From assembly GCA_963799845.1 (NCBI GenBank), contig CAWCYI010000007.1, positions 153,617 to 217,616 of the forward strand: a stretch of DNA of 64,000 nt. Reading direction: 5' to 3'. Positions 42,698 to 51,991 of this stretch are shown here, piece after piece. Position numbers and translations under genes: made by a program. The first letter of the stretch is position 1. Every line of letters begins with the position of its first letter. The DNA is from an uncultured Nitrososphaerota archaeon. GTDB lineage: Archaea; Thermoproteota; Nitrososphaeria; Nitrososphaerales; CADDZS01. Below the pieces are notes generated by a model. That model was given only the letters and a program-made list of their open reading frames with translations, did no database searches and was not told the origin of the DNA.

Positions 42698-44599
42698 CTA
42701 AGAAGCTCTCGCCAGGCCCCTTGAATTTATCTCGTCAATCAGAGCGGGCACGACCTGAAAGAGATCGCCAACGATGCCAAAGTTCGCCAATCCAAAAATG
42801 GGAGCTTCAGGATCTTTGTTAATCGCAACTATCGTATCTGAATTCTCCATCCCCACCAGATGCTGAATTGCTCCGGAGACTCCAACCGCGAAATAAAGTC
42901 TTGCCCTAACTGTGACGCCCGTCTGGCCGACCTGATGTTCTTTCGGGATCCAGCCCAAATAAACTACAGCTCTTGTTGCACCAACTTCTCCTCCAAGGAC
43001 GGCCGCAAGATCCTCGACCAGTTTGAAATTCTTCGGATTTCCAAGTCCTCGGCCTCCTGAAACTATAATGTCGGCACCTTCCAGTCGAGCTCCCGACTTT
43101 TCCATCGGCGTGAACTGGACAATTTTTTCCTTCATCTGGGATTCATCGAGCTCGATCGTCTCGGTCACGAGATTGCCCGATCTTCCTTCAACTGCTGCTG
43201 GCATTTTCATCACCCTGGTGCGAACGCTAGCCATCGTCGGCTTGTTACGGGGGCAAACGATCGTCGAGAGTTCCTTTCCTCCAAAATCTGGTCGTGTCCC
43301 GTTGAAGCCTCCCCTTTCATCAACGTCGAGAGAAGTGCAATCTGCAATCAGCCCCGTTTCAATCAACGTAGCGAGGACACCCGCAAGATCCCTCCCATTG
43401 TAAGTGCCTCCCATCAGGATAACCTCCGGGTGGTATTTGTTTGAAAGGTAGGCAAACCCCTTGCCGTAGCTCTCGCTTCTGTAATCCTTCATTACAGGAT
43501 TTTCAATAGAATAAACGACATCAGCGCCGTACTGATACGACTCTTTCACTAGACCCTGGACCTCGCTACCCATGACGACGGCACAGAGTTTCGTCCCGTA
43601 TACTTTGGATAATCTCTTGCCCTCGCCCATTAATTCCCACGAGACGCGCGCGGCCTGCCCATTTCTGTGCTCGACATAAACCCAGACATCGCCGTGCTCT
43701 CCAGGAATCGGAGCTTGCTGCATAGCGGCAGCTTCGGTTGCCTGAGGAGCACTCGACTGGGAAATAACTCCTCCCGAAACTTTCTTCCCGAAAGCGCCTA
43801 TCTGAACCAATCTATCCACGAGCCACTTTGCGGCTTCTTTTGGATCTGTCGCCTCCTTGATTTCCCCCTTTTTCTTTGCGGGTGGAACTACAACTTTCTT
43901 GACGTATGTTGGAGATCCTCCCAACCCGATCTTCTTCGGATCTGCGTTCACGGCGTCCTTGTTCAGGATGTTGATCTTTGCCCTTTTTGCCCTTATCAAT
44001 CCGTCAATCGTGGGCTGCCTTGGTTCGTTTGCGGCTTCCGTTATTGTAAATGCACAGGGAATTGGCACCCTGACCCGCTCCACACCGTCATCCACTCTCC
44101 TTTCGGCTTCGACAAACTTGTTCTCCAAATCTACTACGGACGTCTTTGAGGTGTATGTAATGACGGGATATCCTAATCTTACAGCGAGTCCTGGGCCGAC
44201 CTGTCCTGTCTCGCCGTCGATTGCGACCTTGCCGAAGAAAACGAAGTCGGTCCTGCCGTCTGTTTCTTCTATTTTTTGAACGCCCTTCCACAGCGCGTAG
44301 GAAGTCGCTAGGGTATCCGCACCGCCGAAAGCGCGGTCGGTAAGCAAATACGCCTGGTCAGCTCCCATGGCGAGAGCTTCTCGCAGACTCTGCTCTGCTT
44401 GGGGAGGTCCCATGGTAATGACACTAACGTTCGCTCCGAAAGTGTCCTTGAAAAGTAGAGCTTCTTCTATAGCATTCAGGTCGGTAGGATTGACAACGGC
44501 GGGAACGCCCTCCCGAATCAAGTTGTTCGTCTTCGGATCAATTCGCATGTCGTTTGTGTCGGGAACCTGCTTGATGCAGACAATGATGTTTAACGGCAA
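42698..44599 (-). CDS. fused ETF beta-alpha (FixA-FixB)
   Basis: Beta motifs CIKQVPD, GADTLAT, DGETGQVGP; A/Q/S linker; alpha motifs SGGRG, QVGQTG, GVSGAIQH; start placed at TTG 44599. Confidence 0.9.
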   Translation of the reverse strand: MPLNIIVCIKQVPDTNDMRIDPKTNNLIREGVPAVVNPTDLNAIEEALLFKDTFGANVSVITMGPPQAEQSLREALAMGADQAYLLTDRAFGGADTLATSYALWKGVQKIEETDGRTDFVFFGKVAIDGETGQVGPGLAVRLGYPVITYTSKTSVVDLENKFVEAERRVDDGVERVRVPIPCAFTITEAANEPRQPTIDGLIRAKRAKINILNKDAVNADPKKIGLGGSPTYVKKVVVPPAKKKGEIKEATDPKEAAKWLVDRLVQIGAFGKKVSGGVISQSSAPQATEAAAMQQAPIPGEHGDVWVYVEHRNGQAARVSWELMGEGKRLSKVYGTKLCAVVMGSEVQGLVKESYQYGADVVYSIENPVMKDYRSESYGKGFAYLSNKYHPEVILMGGTYNGRDLAGVLATLIETGLIADCTSLDVDERGGFNGTRPDFGGKELSTIVCPRNKPTMASVRTRVMKMPAAVEGRSGNLVTETIELDESQMKEKIVQFTPMEKSGARLEGADIIVSGGRGLGNPKNFKLVEDLAAVLGGEVGATRAVVYLGWIPKEHQVGQTGVTVRARLYFAVGVSGAIQHLVGMENSDTIVAINKDPEAPIFGLANFGIVGDLFQVVPALIDEINSRGLARAS

Positions 44600-44717
44600 A
44601 TAACGAACAAACTCGCGAGGCAAATCATTAACTTTTTCACTCAATATTAAAATCGTTCTGACTACTTTTGTTTCGCACTTTAATATGCGAATGTTTAGTC
44701 CTTGAATCATTTCAGAA

Positions 44718-45575
44718 ATGAGTTCTGTAGCTGACATTCTTTCGGCAGTTAGGGCCGGAGAACTTTCGATAAAGAAGGCGGAAAGACTTCTGAAATTGGA
44801 CGCCGTCGCCATCGTCGGAGATTTTGCACGGCTGGATTTCAATCGGTTCCTAAGAAGGGGTGTGCCAGAAATAGTCTTCGCCCAGAACAAAAGCATTCTC
44901 CAGATAGTCTCGATCGTGAAGAAACTGGCAAAGACCAAAATCGGAAGGTCACCGACCGACGTCCCGATAATACTGAGTCGTGTCCAGAGCGATCAGGCAA
45001 ATGAAATCCTGAAGAAAATCTCTGGACCAAATGGTTTGAATGGAAGATTAAGGATTCGGTACTTTCCGGAAGCCAATGTCATCGCAATTGTTGATAGAGA
45101 CGACAGGCTTGCGGAAGATAGAAGGGGCAGGGTGGCTCTGATCGCAGCGGGCACTTCCGATTTTCCTGCTCTAAACGAAGCCGAAGTAGTATTGAACCTC
45201 CTCGGTTTTAGGACATTGAGGTTTAACGATGTCGGAGTTGCGGGTCTGCATAGACTACTTCAACCGCTTCAGCACATTGTGAAATTCGATCCCGACGCTA
45301 TTATTGTCGCGGCTGGGATGGAGGGGGCCCTTCCCGTGGTCATCGCAGGCTTTTCCAGCGTGCCGGTCATCGGACTCCCTACCTCGGTGGGTTATGGTTA
45401 TGGCAGAGGCGGTGAGGCAGCTCTGATGAGCATGCTCCAGGCATGCTCCCTGGGCGTAAGCGTCGTGAATATCGACGCCGGCGTTGCTGCAGGAGTGGTC
45501 GCATCGCTCATTTCTAGGAGGGCTCATTCTCATGACAAGAGACGAGGTCAGACGACAGAAAAGCAAAGATCTTGA
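44718..45575 (+). CDS. larB: nickel-pincer cofactor carboxylase LarB
   Basis: AGTSD; DVGVAGLHRL; AGMEGAL; PTSVGYG; VVNID. Confidence 0.94.
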   Translation: MSSVADILSAVRAGELSIKKAERLLKLDAVAIVGDFARLDFNRFLRRGVPEIVFAQNKSILQIVSIVKKLAKTKIGRSPTDVPIILSRVQSDQANEILKKISGPNGLNGRLRIRYFPEANVIAIVDRDDRLAEDRRGRVALIAAGTSDFPALNEAEVVLNLLGFRTLRFNDVGVAGLHRLLQPLQHIVKFDPDAIIVAAGMEGALPVVIAGFSSVPVIGLPTSVGYGYGRGGEAALMSMLQACSLGVSVVNIDAGVAAGVVASLISRRAHSHDKRRGQTTEKQRS

Positions 45576-45633
45576 CCGATTCAATCAAGAGATCTGACTA
45601 CCCAGATTAACAACAATCCGACAGGAACGACCT

Positions 45634-45969
45634 TTGGAATTGTCGGCATCCCTAGCGTCCGCGAGGAGGAACGCTTCCCTCATTAAGGCAGCAACCGGTC
45701 TGCTGTCTGAAAGAGAATCTCCACCGTCTTTCATTGAGACAAACAAGGCCGTCAAGGGGCTCGTGAAGAAACGCACCGATCATGGCAAGAAGTTGTTAAC
45801 GTTGGGGGCAGCTCTTCTCATCATGCCAGATCCTGTAACCGACATGGCGGCAGTCCCCGTCCTCATAGCAGGAAAGGTGCTTCAAGCGAGACATGCAATC
45901 AGCGTGAAGAATGTTTACGACGAAATGAGGCATTCGCTCAGTCAGATTTCTTCAGCTTGCTCCCCCTGA
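45634..45969 (+). CDS. hypothetical protein
   Basis: LLIMPDPVTD hydrophobic hairpin. Confidence 0.5.
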   Translation: MELSASLASARRNASLIKAATGLLSERESPPSFIETNKAVKGLVKKRTDHGKKLLTLGAALLIMPDPVTDMAAVPVLIAGKVLQARHAISVKNVYDEMRHSLSQISSACSP

Positions 45970-46600
45970 TCGAAGCTTTCGATCTCGCGAGAGCCAGAGA
46001 CTTTTCGTCTTTTACCTCCAGGAATGAATCAAGCTCGGGATCAAGTTCCATTAGATTATCCTCGACTGAGACATAGTTCACGTCGAAAAGCTGATCAGCA
46101 AGAGACTTCATTTCGAGATCCACGTCGTTCGTGAAACTAGTCTTCAACGACGAAACAAGCCTCAACAGGGCCTTCCCCCGATATACCGCGAGGAGAGGTT
46201 CGACTTTGCCATCCTTCCACCTTGGAATGGAGAGATCAAATCCTTGAGCCGCATCGAAGAGCGCGAGCACCACGTTTGGCTTCAATAGTGGTACTCTTTC
46301 GTTAACAAGCAGACAGTGCTCTGCGCGGGATGATTTGAACGCCGACAAAATTGCAGAAACAGAGTTTTCTCCTTTTTGGGTGTTCACGACCCTCGCGCCA
46401 AAGGGTGAAATCGACTCGATGACCGAAAAGTCAGGCTCATTCTTGAAAACTACATTTAGCTCGTCTGCGACAGTCCAAACTGAATCAAGGACATATTCGA
46501 GCAGCGTGCCCTTCTCGTCCGGAGAAAACTGTCTTGAGATAGTTTCATTTTCCATTCCGCTTGCGAAAACGACAGCGCCCCGAAGATTTCCTCCGACCAT
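45938..46600 (-). CDS. MobA-like NTP transferase (degenerate N-terminal loop)
   Basis: IPRWKDGKVEPLLAVY; DPELDSF; lacks the canonical LAGGxxxR. Confidence 0.72.
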   Translation of the reverse strand: MVGGNLRGAVVFASGMENETISRQFSPDEKGTLLEYVLDSVWTVADELNVVFKNEPDFSVIESISPFGARVVNTQKGENSVSAILSAFKSSRAEHCLLVNERVPLLKPNVVLALFDAAQGFDLSIPRWKDGKVEPLLAVYRGKALLRLVSSLKTSFTNDVDLEMKSLADQLFDVNYVSVEDNLMELDPELDSFLEVKDEKSLALARSKASIRGSKLKKSD

Positions 46601-46784
46601 CTAGGCTCTCACTCGTTCACGATACCTTGACATCAGAACATTCGTACGAAAACGGGTATTTAATTAATGATTGTCGAATTCGGAAGTTGAAAAAAACTTT
46701 CAAAATAGTCGGGGAATTTAATCGCCCCAAATATTCTCCAATGTTAATCAGAGTAATCCGTGAGTCAAAATCTATCTTGCTGAC

Positions 46785-46793
46785 AACAGTTAT
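46785..46793 (+). repeat. candidate attL core AACAGTTAT
   Basis: Identical 9-mer at 57848-57856; lies 50 bp upstream of the integrase. Confidence 0.45.
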
Positions 46794-46843
46794 CAAAGGG
46801 CGAATAAAATCCCTTTTATAGCCCTTTGTTATAAATAGAGAGC

Positions 46844-47914
46844 ATGAAAGAGGACATTCAGGACTATACCGGAACCGTTCAGTTATTCCTAGAAAGTAGA
46901 AAGACGGAAGCCACTAAGCGATTTTACACAAAGGGATTAGAGGTAACAACACAAGCAGATCCAGCCAATTTCTTGAAGCTGGCGAAAGAGAATAAGCTCC
47001 AGGGCGAAGCTGCTCTAATCCACTGGGTTCAAAAAAACAGAACCGGACTAAAACATTCTACGTTGACCGGTTATCTCGCGGGATTGAAAAGTTTGTGTGA
47101 TTATGCGGACGTCCTTTTGAATTGGAAAAAGGTCAGGAGCTGCGTCCCTGATGGAGCGAGTGGTAAGGATCGGCCGCCTTATCTGAAAGAGATTAGGGCT
47201 TTGTATCAGTCTTTAACGCTCCGGGACCGGTTCGGCGTCTCTTATTTTGTCTCGACCGGCGCACGTCTCGCTTCGATAGACTTTTTGAAAATGAAAGATA
47301 TAGAGGAATTTCCCAAGCTCGGGATCGCTGCGGTTCGGATCTATCGAGGCGAAGCAGAGGAATATTTTTCTTTCCTTAACTCTGAGGCATTAGAGGATTT
47401 TCACAACTATGTAGATTATAGAAAGCGAGCTGGCGAGATTATCGCCGGTGAAAGTCCCGTGTTCCGTACTTCATTCAATCACGCATTACCGAAAAAGGTT
47501 AAGGCTGCAACATCGGACGCGGTTAAGAGGGTTATTCAGGTAGGTTGGGAGAAACTCGGCTTAAAGGAGCGTGAATTTGCGGAGATTCACGGCTTTAGAT
47601 CTTATTTCAAAACTCAGCTAGAAAATGAATCTGCCCTAAAGACTTCTCAAATTGAAAGGTTGATGGGACACGGAGTTTCAAAAGTCGAGAACCGATATTA
47701 CAAACCGGAAGTTGAAAAGCTCGGCGCTTTGTATGCTCAGAATCAATCTTGCCTTTTCATATCTGAGGGGATGATTGGCAGGGGCACGATTGCCGCACTT
47801 GAAGAGGAAAAAGACTCGAAGATTTCTAAACTCGAATCTGAGGTTTCGGAATTGAAGGCAGGACTAGCGGAGATATTGAGACTCAGAAAAGAGGAATTGA
47901 ATAAAACGAAATAA
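46844..47914 (+). CDS. tyrosine recombinase/integrase, catalytically intact
   Basis: STGAR (R), IHGFR (HxxR), LMGH, NRYY (Y); C-terminal coiled coil. Confidence 0.93.
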   Translation: MKEDIQDYTGTVQLFLESRKTEATKRFYTKGLEVTTQADPANFLKLAKENKLQGEAALIHWVQKNRTGLKHSTLTGYLAGLKSLCDYADVLLNWKKVRSCVPDGASGKDRPPYLKEIRALYQSLTLRDRFGVSYFVSTGARLASIDFLKMKDIEEFPKLGIAAVRIYRGEAEEYFSFLNSEALEDFHNYVDYRKRAGEIIAGESPVFRTSFNHALPKKVKAATSDAVKRVIQVGWEKLGLKEREFAEIHGFRSYFKTQLENESALKTSQIERLMGHGVSKVENRYYKPEVEKLGALYAQNQSCLFISEGMIGRGTIAALEEEKDSKISKLESEVSELKAGLAEILRLRKEELNKTK

Positions 47915-47945
47915 AAAAGAATGAGCTGCCGGGAATTGGAACAAT

Positions 47946-48515
47946 CTAAGAATCAGTAACAAATGTTACCGATTCTTTCTTCTTTGTTGGAGATACCATT
48001 GAAGCGCTGATTTGTCTGGCAGCGCTTAGATAGGCTTGTCTTATTTGCTTCGCAACCTTAGGATGCCTTTTCAAAGTCTCAAAGAAGATTGTGCTATCTT
48101 CAGTATCATAATTGAAAAATGGAGATTCGCGTTTGTATCTTCTGAGAACGTATTTCATGATCTTTGATTTTGAAAGCCGAGGCACAAAATCAAGAATGAA
48201 ATCAACTCGGAAATCTGAAATCCCTTCATCGATTAAAGTTGCTTTGAGCAAGTCAACATTAAAGCCAGAACCAATAGCAAGACTAAAACCATCGGTATCC
48301 AGCCAGTACAGTTCGTATTTCGTTCCTTCTTTAAGTCCGACCTTTTTTATCCAATTTCTATTTAGCATCGTCTCGAAATTTGTATGAACATTCTTGTAAT
48401 CTGCGCTAACTTGCTTGGCCGTACTGTACATAGTATCCGGCCCTTTATTCGCCAGATGAAGGATAATTTTTTCTTGAAGAGGCGGGATATGGTAGTCTTC
48501 GCTAAATTGTGCCAT
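47946..48515 (-). CDS. winged-helix transcriptional regulator
   Basis: QEKIILHLANKGPDTMYSTAKQVSADYKNVH...L...WI...YWLDTDG; start taken at MAQF. Confidence 0.7.
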   Translation of the reverse strand: MAQFSEDYHIPPLQEKIILHLANKGPDTMYSTAKQVSADYKNVHTNFETMLNRNWIKKVGLKEGTKYELYWLDTDGFSLAIGSGFNVDLLKATLIDEGISDFRVDFILDFVPRLSKSKIMKYVLRRYKRESPFFNYDTEDSTIFFETLKRHPKVAKQIRQAYLSAARQISASMVSPTKKKESVTFVTDS

Positions 48516-48529
48516 ATGGTTAAGTCGGG

Positions 48530-48576
48530 TATGGTAATATCCTACCATAATTATAAGGCTGTATCAAACGTTGATA
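48530..48576. promoter_or_regulatory. divergent promoter/operator: palindromic TTATAA flanked by two inverted repeats
   Basis: TATGGTA-N6-TACCATA (48530-48549), TTATAA (48551-48556), TATCAA-ACG-TTGATA (48562-48576). Confidence 0.6.
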
Positions 48577-48587
48577 TTTGATTAGAA

Positions 48588-48767
48588 TTGAGCGAATACA
48601 TAGGCGCAAAATTCGATAAATCAGATATCGACGTCCTGAAGAGAGTCGTCAAACAAAGGCGCGAGGACGTTTCATCGTTTCTTAGACGTGCAGTTTTGTT
48701 AGAGCTCGCGCGACTTGGAGAGATTCCCGAGGATCAAGCGAAAGCGCTCGGAGTGATTGAGGCTTGA
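48588..48767 (+). CDS. ribbon-helix-helix (CopG-like) protein
   Basis: Manual translation, 59 aa: MSEYIGAKFDKSDIDVLKRVVKQRREDVSSFLRRAVLLELARLG... Confidence 0.75.
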   Translation: MSEYIGAKFDKSDIDVLKRVVKQRREDVSSFLRRAVLLELARLGEIPEDQAKALGVIEA

Positions 48768-48872
48768 GCGAAGATCCGATTATTGCAATTTGTGAGAGGT
48801 TGTTAGAAAAAGGAAAAGCCGGAGCGGGCAGCTCCAGCCAACGCGCAGCCAGTCGATCCCGGGACGGAGATC

Positions 48873-49124
48873 TTGTTATTGGACAGGAAAGGTCACAGTA
48901 ATAATTCTTACGTTCAAGAGCTCGAATATCTTGCCAGCTCAAAGCGAGCTGAAGGTATCCGGGTCCGGATCGTAATTGAATCTCCTAGCCCCAGAAAAGC
49001 GAGCTCGTGTAATCAACTAGCCCTTCAAGCATTGAGACGCGGGCAGTTTAGAGAAGTTGATCCGAAAAATGGTACAAAAATTATGGATGATATCGCGGAA
49101 AATGGAGATTGGATTATTGCATGA
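48873..49124 (+). CDS. hypothetical protein
   Basis: ORF within the rightward operon; no motif. Confidence 0.35.
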   Translation: MLLDRKGHSNNSYVQELEYLASSKRAEGIRVRIVIESPSPRKASSCNQLALQALRRGQFREVDPKNGTKIMDDIAENGDWIIA

Positions 49125-49498
49125 ATCCAGAACCAAAGACTCAGGAAATTACTTTCACGCTGGACGAATGGCTCGCGTGTGTATGGATTGATTTTATTCA
49201 TGTTGAGAGAGTGTACGATCCGGTATTTCGTTATAGGCTGAATTGCTCCGATCGTTCAACGATGTTCATTAGGGCAAGTTATTCGCTATTTCGAGAATTC
49301 CCACAAGTCACGCAGAAAGAACGGATTGATTTCCGTACAAAGTGGGACGGATTCTATGAGGCTAATCAGGAACGAATAGCAGGATTAGCGCGAGACTTGA
49401 ACACAAAGAAGCATGCCGAGATGTCTAAGCTTCTTTCGGAGATCAAAGAACAGATGCGAATTTCACAAGAGGTAATCAAAGTAGATGCCAAATGGTGA
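49109..49498 (+). CDS. hypothetical protein
   Basis: Overlaps the helicase start; no primase motif recognised. Confidence 0.6.
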   Translation: MDYCMNPEPKTQEITFTLDEWLACVWIDFIHVERVYDPVFRYRLNCSDRSTMFIRASYSLFREFPQVTQKERIDFRTKWDGFYEANQERIAGLARDLNTKKHAEMSKLLSEIKEQMRISQEVIKVDAKW

Positions 49499-50999
49499 AG
49501 AGTCAAAACTCCTGGCGTGGAATACCGCTAAGGAATTGCTGGAGAATAACCATTTTGTTACTCTTCGAGACACCGAAGAGATCTTTCGATATGAGGATGG
49601 AATTTACACACCGGACGGTCAAGCATACATTAAACAAAAAATGCAGGAGAATTTTGAGACAAAGGAAGAGATCAACAGCCATTTAGTCCACGAAGTTATA
49701 GGCCATGTTCAACGGTCAACTTTGAAAGACCGCACTATCTTTGAAGAGAATAACCCGCACTTAGTCTTAGAAAATTGCCTTTTCAACGTTGACACTTTTC
49801 AAAAAGAGGATTTCACACCGGATTATTACGCCTTAGCGAAGATGCCCGTAAAATTTGAACCTGAAAGGGATTATCACAATTCGCTTTTTTGGACGTTCAT
49901 TAATGAGATCCTCGACCCGAAGGACGTTATTGGAGTTCAAGAAGAGTTAGGCGCGATTCTGAGAAAGAAGTACCTTACAAAGAAATTCTCAATCTATTAC
50001 GGAGAGACGGATACCGGGAAAAGCACTTTGTTAAACGTGATTCAAGCTTTGATAGGTCAAAAGAATATTTCTAATTTATCGCTCCAACAGATCGCCTCTC
50101 AAGAGAGATTTTATCTCGCCAGTCTTTTCGGAAAAATGCTGAATTGCCGGGACGATATGCCGAAGGACATAATCAGAAGCGCCGGCCCTTTGAAAGAGGT
50201 AACTGGACGCTCGCGAATAACGGGAGAGAAAAAATTTCAGAATCCCTTTGAATTCGTAAATCACGCTTACATCTTGGTTAGTTGTAATGAGTTACCGCCC
50301 TTTTCTGAGGACGATCTCGCGGTATTCAATAGAATCAAGCTGCGAGCATTCAAAAAGAGATATGGAGGTCACACCGAGCCGGATCGGGAATTAGAAGAGA
50401 AGCTAACACAGCCGGACGAGCTGAGCGCTATTTTGAATTGGGGCCTAGAAGGATTAGACCGGCTCAGACAGAACGGATGGAATTTCTCAAACGGAGAGAA
50501 TGAAATCGTTATCCGGGAATTGTACAAGAGGAAAAGCGATCCGCTCTGGGGTTTCTGCGAGGATTGCATAGAAGAAACCGGCGAGGATCAGGATATTATC
50601 GAAAAAGAAGAGCTGTATAATTCTTTCAAAGCCTATTGTAAAAGTAAGGAATTGAGCGATCAAGGTAAGGATTACTTTTACAAACATATCCACGATAAGG
50701 TCACGGTGAAATCAGGGCAGCCGCTAATCAATGGTAAAAGACCGCATTGTTTCATTGGAATTAAACTAAAGTCGAACATAAATGGAAAAAGCCCTGTTCA
50801 CGGTGTTCCATCAGAAAATATGGAACAGGGTGAACAGGGTCAAGCCCATTTAACTGCAACTTTGACCGATATTTTCACAAAGCTAGACTCTGATAAGATC
50901 GAATTCGCCCAGTGTGAATTCTGCGGAGAGAATCGCGAGCTAGCCTTTTGGAATCAAGATCGACGTTATGCTTGCCGACAGTGTGCTAATGGAGAATGA
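49485..50999 (+). CDS. D5-like (P4-family) SF3 helicase with C-terminal Cys4
   Basis: D5_N-like LENCLFNV...FTPDYY; Walker A GETDTGKST; GKMLNCRDD; SCNELP; ILNWGLEG; CEFC...CRQC. Confidence 0.9.
   Translation: MPNGEESKLLAWNTAKELLENNHFVTLRDTEEIFRYEDGIYTPDGQAYIKQKMQENFETKEEINSHLVHEVIGHVQRSTLKDRTIFEENNPHLVLENCLFNVDTFQKEDFTPDYYALAKMPVKFEPERDYHNSLFWTFINEILDPKDVIGVQEELGAILRKKYLTKKFSIYYGETDTGKSTLLNVIQALIGQKNISNLSLQQIASQERFYLASLFGKMLNCRDDMPKDIIRSAGPLKEVTGRSRITGEKKFQNPFEFVNHAYILVSCNELPPFSEDDLAVFNRIKLRAFKKRYGGHTEPDRELEEKLTQPDELSAILNWGLEGLDRLRQNGWNFSNGENEIVIRELYKRKSDPLWGFCEDCIEETGEDQDIIEKEELYNSFKAYCKSKELSDQGKDYFYKHIHDKVTVKSGQPLINGKRPHCFIGIKLKSNINGKSPVHGVPSENMEQGEQGQAHLTATLTDIFTKLDSDKIEFAQCEFCGENRELAFWNQDRRYACRQCANGE
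50792..50839. repeat. 20-bp inverted repeat (18/20 match) inside the helicase gene; candidate origin
   Basis: CCCTGTTCACGGTGTTCCAT-N8-ATGGAACAGGGTGAACAGGG. Confidence 0.7.
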
Positions 51000-51047
51000 A
51001 AGTCCTGTTCAAGTACAGATGAAATTGAGAGTAAGAGGTTATCAAAA

Positions 51048-51668
51048 ATGAGTGAGCAATTAGCAATTATCCGTAAAGGCGATTTACGGATAAATGGTAA
51101 AAGCACTTTAGCAGAACTAACAGCTCAGATTTCGGAAGCTACACTTGTCGCGGAAATATCAAAGTCACCATTACTAAAGGGGAAAGCCAAAAGATATGTT
51201 GACCTGTATTTAGTCTTCAAGAATCGGCAGGCCCCACTTTCAATAAGAAATTCGTGCGCGGAAGAAATCAATCAGATTCAAGACAATTTTTCCAGTGAGA
51301 GGAAATCGAGCGCTCTTATCGCTGCGATTCATAAAGAGGAATTTTCCCGCGATCCTAGCTTATGGAAATTCTTTCCGCTTGAGGATCAAACGATTTTAGA
51401 ACTTGATAAGGGCGCTCACGAAATCGCCAGGATGTACACTGATGACTCGAAAGGTAACGGAGCTGATACTTCCGTCCGGTTGCTAGTTCGAGAGAAAGAA
51501 GAGCTCGAAAAGGCAGTACAAAAAAACGGTTGGGATATCATGCGCTGCCGGCGTTGCGAACAGTGTAATAGCTTCTTTCAAGTCAAAAGAGCTGACGCGC
51601 GTTTTTGCTCCACAAATTGCCGAGTCCAGAATTGGCAGGACTGTAAAAAAATTAGGAATTCCGAGTAA
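51048..51668 (+). CDS. protein with C-terminal Zn finger (CGNR-like)
   Basis: CEQCNSFF...ARFCSTNCR. Confidence 0.7.
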   Translation: MSEQLAIIRKGDLRINGKSTLAELTAQISEATLVAEISKSPLLKGKAKRYVDLYLVFKNRQAPLSIRNSCAEEINQIQDNFSSERKSSALIAAIHKEEFSRDPSLWKFFPLEDQTILELDKGAHEIARMYTDDSKGNGADTSVRLLVREKEELEKAVQKNGWDIMRCRRCEQCNSFFQVKRADARFCSTNCRVQNWQDCKKIRNSE

Positions 51669-51848
51669 GTGAATGAATTGGACGATTGGGAAAGCTACGC
51701 GAAAGAAAAGCAGGGAAAGAGAAGAGGACGCGATCCTATTCCGACCGAGGATAAGGCAGTATCAAGAGAATTTCACGGCCGGGCCGTAACCTTCGATAGG
51801 ACGGCAGCGAGACACCCGGGAAGAGTCGAGAGGCAATATCAAAAATGA
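51669..51848 (+). CDS. small basic hypothetical protein (59 aa)
   Basis: GTG start directly after the previous stop; ATGA overlap with the next ORF. Confidence 0.5.
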   Translation: MNELDDWESYAKEKQGKRRGRDPIPTEDKAVSREFHGRAVTFDRTAARHPGRVERQYQK

Positions 51849-51991
51849 GCTGTTGGCATTGTGGACGAAAATTCGCTAAAGATGAAGTATATTTTGGAAA
51901 AACTATCGAAGGGAGAAATGGCGAACAGGTAGATACCGGAATCCGACTTTGTAATGATTGTAATGAGGCTGACAAGAAAAAAAATGAGTGA
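51845..51991 (+). CDS. small Zn-finger protein (48 aa)
   Basis: Manual translation MSCWHCGRKF...IRLCNDCNE. Confidence 0.6.
   Translation: MSCWHCGRKFAKDEVYFGKTIEGRNGEQVDTGIRLCNDCNEADKKKNE

Noticed and set aside
44600-44938. 113-aa N-terminal extension of the ETF fusion in the ORF track
   Set aside because: Overlaps larB on the opposite strand; ETF homology starts at TTG 44599
410-46000. Numerous antisense and overlapping short ORFs in the track
   Set aside because: They shadow well-supported housekeeping genes and carry no motifs
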